NCBI RefSeq assembly: GCF_036971445.1
Contig: NC_091478.1
Coordinates: forward strand, 101,556,001 to 101,620,000
Reading direction: 5' to 3'
Length of the DNA stretch: 64,000 nt
DNA from: Narcine bancroftii
Lineage: Eukaryota
The notes beneath the pieces were generated by a model that was not told the origin of the DNA, did not search any database, and worked only from the letters and a program-made list of their open reading frames with translations. Positions 1 to 13,614 of the stretch are shown one piece after another. Numbering within the stretch: the stretch's first letter is position 1; each line of letters begins with the position of its first letter. A program made the position numbers and the translations under genes.

Positions 1-1000
1 ATGTTGGCGTGCAAGTGGTTGAAACACCTGTCTGTCAGGGGAAACAACTGGAGCAGGGCTTTGACGTGGCTCTGAATCTTGGAGGTCTGGCAGTGTACAC
101 TATTTCTGGCCCATTGGCCGATCTGCTTACGAAGCCTGTGCCACATAAACTTGTTGGTTACCAGCTACATCGTAGCATGCATGGATGGGTGCACTAAGCC
201 ATGAATGATGTTGAACACAAGATGCTTCCAAACCACCTGTGTGATGGGTTTTGGTTGTCTGGTGGGTACGCTGCAGAGAAGCGAAGCTCCAGAAAGGTCC
301 AAACCTCACGTCCTCCAGTTTGAGCCCCAAAATGACAGTATAGTAGGGCAATATCTTGGAGTCCTGCAGCTGCACTGCTGCCAGAGTGGTGTAGTCAATT
401 TCAGGAGCCAAAGAGCTGATCGATTGAATGCACGTAAGGGAGAGTGCGACTGCCATGCGATTGCCCTTGCCTGCAATGTGCCTGATGGCAGTGGTGTATT
501 CCAAGATGTAGGAGAGATGCCTCTGTTGCCTTGCGGTCCTCTTAGCAAAAGCGAATGTCAGGGGCTTGTGGTCCGTGAAAATGGTAAAAACCCTCTCTTA
601 AAAAAATGTTCTGGATATAGCGGATGGCAAGGTAAAGGGCCAAGAGTTCTCGGTCAAACACACTGTATTTCAGCTCTGGTGGCCTCAACTGCCGACTGAA
701 AAAGGCAAGTGGCTTCCAACTCCTGTCGATCCCTCCTACAGCCATGTTTGACGCATCGATAGTGAGGACCATAAGCACGTTGACTCGTGGGTGCACAAGC
801 ATCTTCCGCTTTGTGAAAAGCTGCTGATGCCTCCTTGTCCCACTCCAGGTCCTTGGGCTGGCCGGAAAGCAGTTTGAAGAGAAGTTGCACAATCCTGGCT
901 GCCACTGGTAGAAAGCGATGGTAGAAATTTACCATGCCTACCAATTTCTGCACCCCTTTAATTGTGGAAGGCCGGGCGAACCTGAGTATAGCTTCCACCT
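1..1000 (-). mobile_element. Degenerate Ty3/Gypsy pol fragment (RT connection, RNase H, integrase zinc finger), runs off window start
   Basis: Frameshifted ORFs: 654..998 RPSTIKGVQKLVGMVNFYHRFLP; 542..892 LTIDASNMAVG..PLAFFSRQL..KYSVFDRELLALYLAIR; 127..504 IRHIAGKGN; HPSMRAT..HCQTSK near 60-200. Confidence 0.9.
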
Positions 1001-1854
1001 TGATCTATATTTCTCCATTCTTGAGTAGTGAATTACGAATAGATTATTACCATTAATACAATATATCTTTTCTGGTTGTAACTTGGGAAACATGTATAAG
1101 TCATTTCTGGTCATTTTTTGCCCATCTCTCAGTTCAGCAGTGGATGACATGTTTCCAATCCAAAAGACATGTTTTTCAAATCTAGAGATATGAGTGCACA
1201 ATCCAGGCTGATTTTATGAGAGAATTCGGCATGCCCAGAACTTCCTTCTGCTCCCGCAAGTGCACCTAAAGGTCAGATTAGAAGAAGAGGGACATTGTCT
1301 CTGAAGTCCAGGTCAACACCTCATTTCCTCAGCCAGACAATCGGATCATTGAGCTCAGTATTGTGGCAGAAACTAAGAATTGGCCTTCAAGCTTGTAAAC
1401 AGTGACCAGACTTCAAACTATGGGAAATTCTAAGGTCATGAATGTATAATACTGAAGAAACTCCTTCGGTTTCTCTCCATCAGAAATAACATTACAAAGA
1501 GGATGCACCAAAAAATCTTCTGTAAAGGTCAAGACTGTAACAAAAACCTGAACTCGGGGGGAAATTAGTAAAGATAACTTTTCAAATGGAGGGCAACATA
1601 AAAAGGAAACTGGAGAATTCTAAATTGTATCAGTGAAAGATGATATTTTAATTGAGGAATTACATGGCAAATTCTGGAGTTCTATCCTTGATACAATTTT
1701 TTCTATCTGGAAAATTTATTCTTATGAAGTTAACACATAAGGATTGCATGTAGTGCATGTGGTACCTGCAGCAGTCTACCACATGGAATCAGAAGTCAAC
1801 GCACTAAGTCCAAGGTGACAATCCACACGAATGCCTGCTTACCAGCACTCAGCT

Positions 1855-2152
1855 AATTAATGTTTATGCCATTAGGTTTAAGGCTGTTCAGTGAAATATG
1901 ATGTGTTTTTCCTCAAGTTAGATTTGGTCTCACCTTGACAATGGATGGGGCTGAGGACAGATACACCTATTGTTGGAACGGTTGGGGAGGAGTTAAAATG
2001 GTTGGCTTCGGGAAGCTCAATTTTGAACCCGCAGGGCGCAGGTCATCCAATCTGTGTTTGGTCTCACCAACTTAGAGGAGACCACACCAGGTACACCGAA
2101 TACAGTAACTTAGGTTGAATGATGTACATATCAAGCTCTGCCTCTCCTGGAA
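1855..2152 (-). mobile_element. Penelope-like element remnant (GIY-YIG endonuclease region)
   Basis: Minus strand reads FQERQSLICTSFNLSYCIRCTWCGLL*VGETKHRL. Confidence 0.75.
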
Positions 2153-3324
2153 GCTGTACTTACTTTGTTTTCCTCATCAGTGGAACACACTTCTTTTACC
2201 TGTCACTAAATGCACCAATTTAAAATGAGCTGGTTATTGTACATCACCAATAGTTAAATTTAACCTTGCAATGCTGGCTGTTTATTTAATTAATATTTTT
2301 ATCCTCCATCACCCCCTGCCCAGCTTGTAACCCTGAGCATGAATTTCCTTCTCCATTTTAAACTAAAACCTGCACACAATTTGGCTCCTTAGTTCTCTTG
2401 TAGCAGTTCAAGTATTCGATCAAAAATAAATCTATCTTCATATTCAGCTAACACCAAGAGCACAATGGAAACCTTGCTTTGGGTCCAAGCAGTTGAGTTG
2501 CTGTTTTATAAAATCAATATGCTTTATAATTATGTGGTATTGTACGAATGAATTAATCACATCCATCGAGAGTCATTTGATATACCCTTCCACAAATCAT
2601 TCTCAAGGGGATATGGCTGCCTGGGGCATTGCAATGCGTTCAAGCTCGCTTTTATTCTTGTGAGAGTCAGCGACAACTTTGGCTTTGTAAGGACTTCCCC
2701 CCCCCCCCCCGCCTTTTCCTGATTATCTCAGGGTCATGCAGCAGCTGTGACCCTGGGGATGACTTCAACTATGGAGGATGGGACTGAAAATGTTGAGAGA
2801 GATGGGGCTAAGCAGTGGTTGGTAGGACAAAGTGGGTTTCATAAATTAACCCAAATTCTGGATTTCTTGTAGAACAAAATAATCCAATTTACAAGCTTAT
2901 AACATTGCAAAGATATGTAGTCCGAGTTGATTTCTAATGCCTATTGAAGACCTTTGACTTGGCCGTGTTCTTCCCCACCAAAGTCAATGAGGTTGTGTGA
3001 AATTCCTCCTTTCTTCCTCAAAGGAAGCATTGATTCATTTGTTTTAAGTATCCATCAAACTGGATTTTGTACAAGTATGTTAAACATTCAGACACTAACA
3101 TTTGAAGAAGCTAATTTCAGATAAAGTATTACATATGTTCATGCCTGCAAGATTAATGTGTCAATATGTGAAATTCTGAGACTGAAGCTCTGCTTTAACT
3201 GCACCCTCAGTGAGTTATTTCATTGTGACCAAAGCTGAACTCTGTGTGTCTGATATGTTCTGTTAACTTTGATTGGAAGTGTGGAGAAAAACAGACAGAG
3301 AATTAATAGATTGCAGGTGAACTA

Positions 3325-3874
3325 CAGTACAACTCCAATTATCCGAAATCGGATTATCCAAAATCCTCAGTTATCCGAATTTTTTTTGGACCCAGAAGTG
3401 ACGTCTATTCTGCTCCAAAATATTTATCGGATAATTGAGGATTTCAGAAAAATCAGAAATCCTAATTTATCCAAAAAATGTCAAAATTGAAATGAATTCA
3501 TTTCGCCTCTGAAAAATTTCGGATGAATGAGGATATCCGGAACAATTAGAACTCCTCAGTTATCCCAATTTTTTTTTAGAGCAGAACTGATGTCACAGGT
3601 TGAAAGAATTTTGGAAATTTGGAAAATCCTCTGAGTAGAATACTGAATTTTTGATGTTGGATTTATCTTATTTTGTTCAGGTTGTTTTTTGCTGAGAGAT
3701 AAATGTCATTTCATGCTTAAAACCCTTCCCTTGTTGTTTGTTGTTTAAACATTGTTACAAGCGATTTGCTGTTGTGACTGGGCTGTTTTAAAAAAAAATG
3801 GCCAGTTATCTGAAAATATTGTTTATCTGAAATAGGCCCTGTCCTGACCATTTTGGATAATTGGAGTTGTACTG
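3325..3874. mobile_element. Tc1/mariner-pogo (Tigger-like) MITE
   Basis: TIR CAGTACAACTCCAATTATCC(G/A)AAA at both ends, flanked by TA (3323-24, 3875-76); internal TTATCCGAA repeats; no transposase. Confidence 0.9.
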
Positions 3875-3892
3875 TAATTGGAGTCTCCAAAA

Positions 3893-4115
3893 ATCAGGAA
3901 TGAGTTTATTGTCATATGCAGAGTACAATGTACATTACTGCTGTGATCCTTCCTTGCTGCAGTTGAACAGGTATTTTGCAAATAAATTCTGCAAAAACAC
4001 CTATAGGTCCTCAGGCTTCTGTACCTTCTACCCGAAGATAGCAGGGAGAAGAAGTTGTGAGCAGGGTGATGGGGGTCCTTTATGATGTTGGCTGCCTTCT
4101 TGAGATACGCCTCAC
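3893..4115 (-). mobile_element. Rex1/Babar-like LINE 3' fragment
   Basis: gtttattgtcat tail and KAANIIKDPHHPAH-like ORF end, shared with other copies in the window. Confidence 0.55.
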
Positions 4116-4923
4116 AGGTCAGAGCCTGTGAATTGGGTGGGAAAGAAACCTATGGCTACTGGTCTTTTATTTCAAAAGTTGCACAGATATGGACCTGGTT
4201 TGCATTTGGATGGCAGACCAGTTGATGGAGGATTTACCAAAGTGGGAGAGGAATGTCACAAGATCTCTCTACTTGAGGATGAACCACTGAATTTGCATCA
4301 TATGAGAAAAATCAATGAGCAAAGAGGCTTTGGAGGCTATTGAACAGGGAAGACCCTGAAGAAATATTTCTTCCATAGAGGAGGGGCAGATTGGGGAAAC
4401 CAAACCGGAGGGTTATAAGTGACTAAGCAATCCAGTAATTCAGAGGACACATTTTTATGTAGTGTGTGTTTTAGCTGTGGAGCATCTTTTGACTAATCAA
4501 GATGAGGCAGTCAAAAAGAAACACATTCAGAAAAAAGAAATTGATTGGATGAGATGAAGTAGGCCACAAACGGGTCATATCGAGAAAAGACATAGATCAA
4601 TAGGGCCAAGGAGCATGATCCTGTTTGAAATATACCAGTAATTCTGACGCAGTATTAAAAGATTATACATCTGTCACAATATTTATCTGCGAGTAGGGAT
4701 CCTGCTGATCTTGATGCAGTACATTGTTAATATTTTGGAGGTTGGCTGGGATCCTTGGTCGGGATGGGAGAGAGGAGGTGGAGTCCTCAATTAAGACGGA
4801 AGAGGTCCACATCAGGGGAGCAGGAGAGGTCAAGTCAGACAGAGGAAAGACTGGCAATCTGGAGGAAAGGTAGAGGATTGCATCTGGGAGAGACTTGCTT
4901 TCCCTAAGTGGGAAAGGGACATC

Positions 4924-5375
4924 AAGAACACAAAATGCTGGAGAAGCTCGGCTGCAAACAGCATCCTTTATGTAGCAAAAGCAAAAATGCATAACCGATG
5001 TTTTGGTCTTGCCTCCATCAGGATATGAAAGAGCACCAGTGGGCATCCGGACAAAAGGATGGGGGGAGGGGGAGGAGTCAAAGGCAGGAGATGATAGGTG
5101 AAGAAGGGAGAGAGAGGACCGCAGCAATCAGGAAGAGGAGGGATGGTTAGGTGGGTGGAGGGGAGAACTGGAAAGGGGGAGGGGAAAGAAAAGGCGAGCT
5201 GGTTAGCAGAAAGCAGAGAAGTTGACATAAATGCCATCTGGCTGGTGAGTGCCCAGACAAAAGATAAAGTCTTTTTTCTTCTTTCTATGGGTGATCAGTA
5301 TAAAAGGCCACAGACAGACGTGAGCGTGGGTTTTGTGACTCAGAAATAAAATGGTTGGCCACTGGGAGGGTCTTT
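4924..5375 (-). mobile_element. Penelope-like 3' end/terminal repeat with degenerate hammerhead core
   Basis: aaaatgctggagaagctc..cagcatc terminus, purine-rich spacer, minus-strand CTGATGG-aggcaagacc-AAAAcatcggttatg at ~4990-5021. Confidence 0.7.
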
Positions 5376-7124
5376 GTTGCCTGCAATTCAGAGCTGGGGT
5401 TGGATATGCTGAAGTCATATTGTGTGGTGTCATTTAAAGAAATGGTATTTCTGCTACCCTCTTTTAGCTGTGATGTTTATTTTCAATGAGTTAGTTCAAG
5501 TTTGGCCCAAAGGGGTTAACACGTTTATTACTAATATTACAGAGTGCTATTTCAACCCCCGCAGAGAATACCTTTGCACAGGGCATATTGTGAGGGGGGA
5601 ATCAAAAATGGTGCATCAAGTCAATTACAGTTAAGTGACTAATCAATAACGTACTTCTGTTCGCAACAGAAACTGCAAGTGCTAAATCCATTTTCTATCT
5701 ACACTCATTAAGTGAATCATTTTTAGTTGTGAATTCACTTTAAATTATCCAATGCATACATTTTGTTTTACATCACATTGTCAAACAGACTACACAACCT
5801 GGAAAATCTTTCGCTTTTCTACAATCTCCTAAATTACACTTTAAAATGTGATGCCGTTTAGATTTAAGGAGGTGTTTTGGTGCAGTTAAAAATAGCTGGA
5901 ACAAAACAAGAGTTATTGGTATTTGACAGAATGTAAGAGAAATGCAAGGAATGGCCAAGACATTATTCATTATTCAGAGAACATAATGTTGCAGAGTTCT
6001 GGAGGGCACAGACTGAAGGTTGCCCTTTTTTGTTGTGTGAATGAATATTTAAAGCAACATTTGCTCGGGTTACCTATTAGGGAGCTTACATTTGAATGCC
6101 ACTAGGTCACAGAGCTGTAAACAAAAACAAATATATGGATGGAGAGGTGGAGAGGAGCATACCAGAGGCAAAACAACCAGCAGGTTAATCAGATAAAGAT
6201 AACAGAAAGATGCTGGGGAAAAAAATCTGCTGGTCAGGCAGCTTCTAAAGAGAGAGAGAAAGGAAAAATAAGTGAACTTCAATGACCTTTCATCAGAATT
6301 CTATATGAGGATGGTTGGAGCATTGAGAAGTGTTAAGAAAGATGTGAAGGGACCTCGAAAGTGCTCCGCACTCATTTCCGGCAAATAATCTACACTGCTA
6401 AAACTTTCATTCTGCGTTAATTGAGCTATATTTCCCAATATTTCCTCTGTTCTCTGTTTTCTGCATCAATTTCCATTCTCTTGGGTGGAGATTTATATCA
6501 CAGCAGCAGCCATTCTGCACCTTTGACTAAATAGAGATGCCAGGCCAGAGTTCAGGAAGGATCACTGGATTAGGTTAAGTTGGCAATATCCAAGGCAAGT
6601 CATTTCAGGTTGTAAAGAGTGAAGAGAATGGAAGCCCTCTTCTGTAAATAAGTTTCCTTTCCAGCAAGCAAAGATACTGGTAATTCAGTGTCAGAGGACA
6701 TGGTTGTGTGTGCTTTTACATGTCAATTACATTCACCAACTGGACTCCCAAAGAAACCACAGTTCACTTTCTGATTGAACGTGGCTCTGAGCTGTGGTGT
6801 TTTCTGATGTGATCAAAGCTGAATCACTTCACTTAAGATAGCACAGCCTTGACTAATTAACACTGTCCAGTGGGAGGTTAACACATTAACACAGCCTCTC
6901 ACTCCCATCCCACGCTCCACATTATACCGACTGTTTTACAAAGAAAACCTGAAGTCTGCATAGAGTGAGGCCTCTGATCTACAAGATGAACACATTCTGC
7001 ACTCAAAGATCATTTTTATCTGGAGTCATGGAGAAATTCAGCCCCCTCAGCCCCCAGAATGCATCATGACCAGCAAGCACCCATTTTTACACTAATCCTA
7101 TCCAAACCAATTTTAATTTCCTAG

Positions 7125-7770
7125 CCTTCCCATGTGAATATGCAGGGGTCATCTACTGCATACGGTGCTCCTGTTGTGGTCTCCTCTACATCAGAGAGAC
7201 TGGATGTAGACTGGGGGGGGGATTGCTTAGTAGAGCCCCTCGGCCCTGTCTGCTGCAATAGTGTGGATTCCCTCCAGTGGTCATCCATTTCAATTCTCCA
7301 CCCCATTCCCTTGCCAACTGCCAGACTGAGACCCCAGCAATTTGAAGAAAAATCATCTCATATTCCATCTGGGCACCCTTCAACTGGATGGCATTAACAT
7401 CTTCTCCAGTTTCAATTAGCCCCCCCCTCCACATTTCATCTTTCACTACATTTCCTTTCTTCCTGCTCTCTTCCCATTTCCATCTGTCTCCTTTCCCCCA
7501 GCTCTGCTTCTACAGAACCAGTTAATTCCCTCCCCCAGTTAATTCTCCCCTTTCTTCTCTCCTGTGTGCCATCCACAGTGCTTTTGCCTGTTGGTTCCTC
7601 CTCCTGCCCATTCTTCCCTTCTCCCTGGCATTCTAATTCAGACATCTCTCTGCTTTTTATTGATACCTCAGGCCCAAAATGTTGGTTATACAGTACACTG
7701 TATATCTTTACCTCCGATGGACACCACAAGACCTGCTGATTTCCTTCAGAATTTCTGTGTTTTTACAGCC
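7125..7770 (+). mobile_element. Penelope-like element 3' part (GIY-YIG plus terminal repeat)
   Basis: CEYAGVIYCIRCSCCGLLYIRETGCRLG motif, pyrimidine-rich spacer, ggcccaaaatgttgg and acctgctga..ttccttcag terminus. Confidence 0.8.
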
Positions 7771-7934
7771 ACAGGGAGAATAGAAGTATTTATTGACACA
7801 TGTTCTGTTGTACAGTGAAAAGCTTTCTTTGATGTGCTAACCCAGCAAGTCAATCCATACTTACAGAAGGAAGTTACAGCAAAAATGCAGTAATAAAACA
7901 AAGTGCAGTGTTACAGTGTCATTTTTTTTTAAAT

Positions 7935-8165
7935 TTAGAGATAAAACCTGGTAACAGGCCCTTCCGGCCCAAGCTGCCCAAATACACCCATGTGACCAAT
8001 CAACCTACCATACCTGTACATCTTTGGAATGTAGAAGGAAACTGGAGCACCCAAAGGAAACCCATGCATGTCATAGGGAGAATGTAGAAACGCCTTGCAG
8101 ACTCCGATGGATTTGAACCTGGGATGCCTGCACTGTAATAGAGCTGCACCAACGGTGCCACTCCA
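7935..8165 (-). mobile_element. HE1/V-SINE-like tRNA-derived SINE
   Basis: B-box-like ggttcaaatcc, V-domain-like ttctcccta..gggtttcct..gctccagtttccttc, CR1-like tail gggccggaagggcctgttacc. Confidence 0.75.
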
Positions 8166-8865
8166 AGAATGCAAGATATAATATAAGACAAAATGCGGAG
8201 TCTTGTGCAAAGTACAGTGAAAACAGTAAACAAGGACATTATTGTTTACCAATAAGAGGCCAATTTAAGAGTCCGATAACAACAGAAAAGGAACTGTCCT
8301 TTAATCTGGAGGTTTGTGCTTTCAAGCTTGTGTATCTTCTGCTCAGTGGAAGGGGAGAAAAGTGATGTGACGACAGTGGGGCAGGTCCTTGAAAGGGCAA
8401 ACTCTGGAGGTCAGGGTTGAGCTAGGGTCACTGGAGCTCTGAGGCAAAGGGTCTCCTAACTGCACCACTCTTCCAGCCACTTGAGAAGGAGTATTTGATT
8501 CCACCCAGGATTATTTAGGGTTTTGGATTGACTATTTTAACAGACTGAAGACATGACATGACCAGGATTCCCATCTCCTGACAATGATGTCTACCTTTTA
8601 AATCTATGTGAGATTTTAGAATGGGGAAAGGTGGAGAAGAGGGAAAATCACTAACTACCGACCTTAGCTTGTGAACGCCAGTTAACTGTGAGCTATAAAG
8701 TGTGAGAGGCTAACTATCTCTCCTTTCAAATGTTTCACTGTTGATGAACTTCTGTCATTCAGAAGGACACAACTGACCACAGGCTTAACTGGACCAGATG
8801 CACAAATGCAAGGACAGGGAAGTGGCTGGTTATTATGCAGACTCCCCAAAGCCTTTCTCTATTAA

Positions 8866-9462
8866 GTGAAGCAAGACTTCACTTGTGTGTCCATGAGAGT
8901 TGTCTACAGCATCTGATGCTCATATTGTGGCCTCCTCTACGTCAGAGAGACTGGGAGATCGCTTTGCTGACCACCTTCTCTCTGTCCGCATCGGAGTCAG
9001 GGATCTCCCAGTGGCCAACCCTTTAAATTCTGCGCCCCACTCCGACGCTGACATGTCTGTGCATGGCCTCATGTATTGTCAAACCAAGACTATCTGTAAA
9101 TTTGAGAAGCAACACCTAACTTTCCATCTGCGCACTCCTTGAATGGATGGTGTTAACGGTGACTTTTCCAGTTTCTGCCAGACTACTCCCTCCTCTCTCT
9201 CCCTTCCCATTCACTCTGTCTTCCTTCCTCCAGCTCTTCACACCCTTCCCATGTTTGCTGATGTGCCCTCTCTCCTTTATCCACCTCTTACCTCCTGTCT
9301 TTCGGACTGTACTCCTCCCCCTGCCCCCACCATTTTATTCAGGCATCTGCACAGACTTTTTCATACCTTGATGAAGGGCTCAAGCTAAAAATGTTTTTTA
9401 TCTTTCCTATAAAAAAGTACACTGTTTGACCTGCTGAGTTTCTCCAGCATTGTGTTTTTACT
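8866..9462 (+). mobile_element. Penelope-like element 3' part (GIY-YIG plus terminal repeat)
   Basis: QDFTCVSMRVVYSI*CSYCGLLYVRET, FEKQHLTFHL; ends cttgatgaagggctcaagc..acctgctgagtttctccagcattgtgttttt. Confidence 0.8.
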
Positions 9463-10214
9463 TTTACCATTTACACTGTACAAGTCAGTATTGCAATGCA
9501 ATTCTATCTACTTGCCTGAAAGAGTGCAGCCCAAACTGAATTCAAGATACCTGGTAAACTAGCATCTGCTTATCAAGCACACAGCCATCAACTTAAGTGG
9601 CCACTTCTTGATTTTCGAAGTCTACTCAGCCCATCGTCAACAGTGCTTCCCAACCATGAGCCCTACCATCTGGAAAGACATAGTCAATATGTGGGAATTA
9701 GCCCCATTGTAATCATGGATACCCCTTGATTTGGACATTCTTTCATTGTTGATCATTCCAGAAACTGATATACTTTTTCCCAACAAGAATGCCACTATTG
9801 ACTGCAGTGATTCAAGAAGGCAGCTCATGTCTACATTCTAAAAGCCAGTTAGGAGTGGGCAATGAATGCTGACATTCCGAATGAGGGGCACATCCATTAA
9901 ATATATCATGTATTCTATGTTTAAATAAGCTCCTTTCTCATTACTTTTATAAATCACCTGCAAATTAAGGAACTTTAAGGTTCAAGAATACAGGAGGCAT
10001 TAATTTAAGAAATTGCCAAGATCTATCAACTGTTATACTCACTAGCATGCTCTATTCCCTTTATGCATAAAGAAATCATGTTACAGTCCAGCAAGCTAAT
10101 CATTTGAAACTGGAAACAAAACATTGTTGATCCACAGATCTTTCCAGAAGATGTAGTTAGCAGATAGTGTTCCTATCATCCACCATCAGTTTTTGTTAGT
10201 CAGAGTAGAACAGG

Positions 10215-10737
10215 CCAGACCCCACTTGGAGTACTGTGCACCTTTCCGGTCTCTTCACTACAGGAAGGACGTGGTAACCGTAGAAAAGGTGCAGAGGAGA
10301 TTTCCAAGGTGGTTGCCTGGTTTAGGGAGCATGCCGTAAGAAAAGAGGTTGAGCGAACTCAACCTTTTCTCCTGGGAGTGGTGGAGGATGAGAGGTGACC
10401 TGATAAAGGTGTATAAGATGATGGGAGGCATAACTGGTGTGGATAGTCAGAGGGTTTTTCCCAGGGCTGAAACGGTTGCCAAAAGATGACATGGGTTTAA
10501 GGTGCTGGGGAGTAGGTACAGAAGTGATGTCAGTTTTTTTTATGCTGAGAGTGGTGGGTGCTTGGAATGGGCTGCCGGCAACGGTAGTGGATACAATAAG
10601 GTCCTTTAAGAGACTGTTGGGATAGGTACATGGAGCTTAGGAAAATAGAAGCCTAGTAATTTCTAAATAGGGACATGTTTGGCACAACCTTGTGGGCTGA
10701 AGGGTCTGTATTGTGCTGCAAGTTTTCTATGGATCTA
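10215..10737 (+). mobile_element. CR1-clade LINE 3' fragment
   Basis: RPHLEYC..EKVQRRF..RMRGDLIKVYKMM..RVVGAWNGLP; tail gggctgaagggtctgtattgtgctg. Confidence 0.85.
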
Positions 10738-12081
10738 ACAGCCCCAGACATGAGACTCCCAGGTGGATGAGAGTTCAATGAACCTGAAGTCTACAGCCAG
10801 TCTTTTCCTCACAAACCCACATTGCTGGAGATGCAATAACGTTGCGCTCATTCCTCTACTAACCAGACATTTATGTTTAATTTATGCGTCTACTCCCTAA
10901 AATCACGCAAAAATAAAAAGGGAAAATGTGCTGTTGCACAATGTGTATAATTAGCCAAAAAATTGAAAATGGCCAACTTCAGGATATTTCTCTGGCAGGA
11001 AAGATAGCCCAAAGCAGAATTACGGAGAAAGGTGCAGACAGCAAAATTCCAGCTCATGAGTTCCAATCGTGGGGCTGCTGGGAATGAGGAATGAACCGTT
11101 GGGCAAGAATTGAACGAGTGCAGAGATCCTGGAGGCCAGCAGATCTAGCCAAGATGAGGCCACATAGAATCAATGACAAAACGAATATTCATGACTGCAT
11201 AGGTATAATCTTCCATGATCTCAAGCCAAAGAAGGCTCCTCAATGTGGCCGTAAGGGGTAGAGGTCAGGTGAGATTAGTCGAGTGTTTTCTCACCCTCTC
11301 CCTGCCTTCCCGCCTCCACGTTATGTTTAAGAAAACCAAGCCTTTTTTGGAGAATTGTACTCCCTTTCTCCTTTCAGTTGCGGACCTACCCACGGCACAC
11401 TTCCTGCATTCTCAGCAGTAAAGTTAAATTGATAATGAGCTTATATCATAACTTATATCATAACTGTTCATCACAAATAACCTTTACACTGACCTGTCCT
11501 AATAAATTTCCCTTTGGTGAGTGGCTCTGATTAACATTTGTTACGGTAAAGGGTGATTAATTCTTCAGTGTCATTAGACTGGGATCCCTCTTTCATTATT
11601 AAGCAAAAACAAATTTATGGAGAGTAAAACATTTATAAGCAATGACTCATTATATACATTTTGAATTGCATTCCCTAAACTTATGAGAATAGGCTTCTTA
11701 TTTTAACCTCAAAGGTCTGAAACACCGAATGTCGTGACTTGTTCGTGACAATAAATTCTGATTCTGATCCCTTTGGTTCCTTCAACAAAGCTGCTCTCAT
11801 CCATGGTGTCCTCTTCTTATTACATTGAATGAGAAACCTCATCCCAGATTAACCCAATTTTCACCCAGTTTCCCTTCTTCTGCCCTGTGAGGAAGGCTGC
11901 AGCCTATACCTGGCACCCAGTCACACTTGTGAATTTAATGACACCTTTAGAACTGGACGCAGCTATAAGCCCACACGGGCTTTAAGGCAAAATAAACACG
12001 AGTCGCTAGTGAATTTCTGAACTAAACATGAAAGATGTCAGTGCTATCGAGAAGAGCTCTGCACATCTGACTATCTGTATA

Positions 12082-12256
12082 TTCTTTTTTGGCTTGGCTT
12101 CGCGGACGAAGATTAATGTCAGCTGCAGGCTCGTTGGTGACTGACAAGTCCGATGCGGGACAGGCAGGCACAGTTGCAGCGGTTGCAAGGGAAAATTGGT
12201 GGGTTGGGGTTGGGTTTTGGGTTTTTCTTCCTTAGTCTTTTGTCAGTGAGGTGGGC
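12082..12256 (-). mobile_element. RTE/BovB-like LINE, heavily 5'-truncated
   Basis: FPCNRCNCACLSRIGLVSHQRACS plus cttcgtccgcgaagccaagccaaaaaag tail, matching the 41.7-43.1 kb copy. Confidence 0.9.
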
Positions 12257-12960
12257 ACAAAACAAAACAGCATTTATCTGGACCACAGTGGACACACGTA
12301 CATGCGCGCGCACACACACACTTGGTTGAAGTATACAGTTAATTAATCTCACAGTCTGTGAGAAGAAGCTATTTCTCAGCCTGGCAGTCCTGATTTTGAT
12401 ACTTCTGAACCTCCTTCTTGATGGTAAATGGTCAAAGATACCATGCGGTGGAGGAAAAGGGTCCTTTTCCATGCAATTCTTTAAGCAATGCTTCCAGTAA
12501 ATGTCCATTTGAGGAAAGGGAGACCATAGTGATCTTCTGGGCCATTTTAATGTTCCTCTGTAGTGACTTCTGGTCCAAATATTATGCTTTACAGCTTCCA
12601 TACAACAATGATACAGCCAGACAGAACACTCTCAATTGTGCTACTGATGGGGGCTGGTAACTTTGCCCTCCTCAGCCAGCTTAGAAAGTGTAGGCGCTGC
12701 TGAGCCTTCCTGACTAATGAAGAGGTGTTGTGAGTCCAGGATCCATCCCTCTTTATATGCACACCAAGGAACTTTATGCTACACTCTCTCCATGATAGGA
12801 CCATTGATAAGTAATGGAGAGTGGTTGACCTTCATCCTCCTGAAGTCCACAATCGTCTCCTTTGTCTTGTCCATGTTGAGACTCAGATTATTGTTCACAC
12901 ACTATTTTATGATCAGCCAAACCTCCTCTCTGTCAGCTGACTTATTGTTGTTGACAACTT
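12257..12960 (-). mobile_element. Rex1/Babar-like LINE fragment
   Basis: KFLGVHI..SWTHNTSSLVRKAQQRLHFL; IESVLSGCI; LPSRRRFRSIKIRTARLRNSFF. Confidence 0.85.
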
Positions 12961-13034
12961 GACCAATATTTATTCCTCAATCACTCACAAAACCAGGATT
13001 TTGAACAGTTATTTGCCAAAACATATTGTGTGTA

Positions 13035-13400
13035 AATGGCTGCTATCTTGCCAAGACAAATTAAGTCGTCACCTTTATGCTCGCACAGTAAAGTCAAGAT
13101 GGTATTTCTCCAGGACCATGGAGCAAATTTACATAAATATTAGTTAGAAGTTTAAAATATTAAGAGTAAAAGTCCACAGTACACCATCCATATACATTTT
13201 GGGAATTCAGGAACCTGTTGGCTTGGGGGTAAAAAAAAACTGGTCCCCGATCTGGATGTAAAGACCAAAGTGTTACGGTACCTCTTACCAGATAAAAAAA
13301 GGTAGAACAGTTTACTTGAGGGGTGTGTGGAGTCCTTCATAATGTTTATTGCCTTTTGCCTGTATCGAGAGTTGTAGATGTCCTTCATGGTAGTAAGAGA
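13035..13400 (-). mobile_element. Rex1/Babar-like LINE 3' fragment
   Basis: ORF 13152..13388 KAINIMKDSTHPSSKLF..SGKRYR. Confidence 0.75.
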
Positions 13401-13614
13401 GAAGTGAATACAAAGTGAATTTAAAGGGTATTTTGTTGACTGTCCACCGACTTCAGGTATTTAAGGTCATGAAAGGCACCATAAAATTCAGATCTTTCTT
13501 CTCAAAGAAATTGTATTTTTTAAAATAATCTTAAGGATGTCTTCAGGAGGCACTGTCCCACAACTTTTAGTGAACTCCAGTGACTAGGGTTTGATCCTGA
13601 CCTCAGGATCTATT

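Noticed and set aside
12119-12601. 160-aa ORF as a novel chimeric protein
   Set aside because: Chance read-through from a Rex C-terminus across its 3' UTR into an inserted RTE tail; no promoter or splice evidence.
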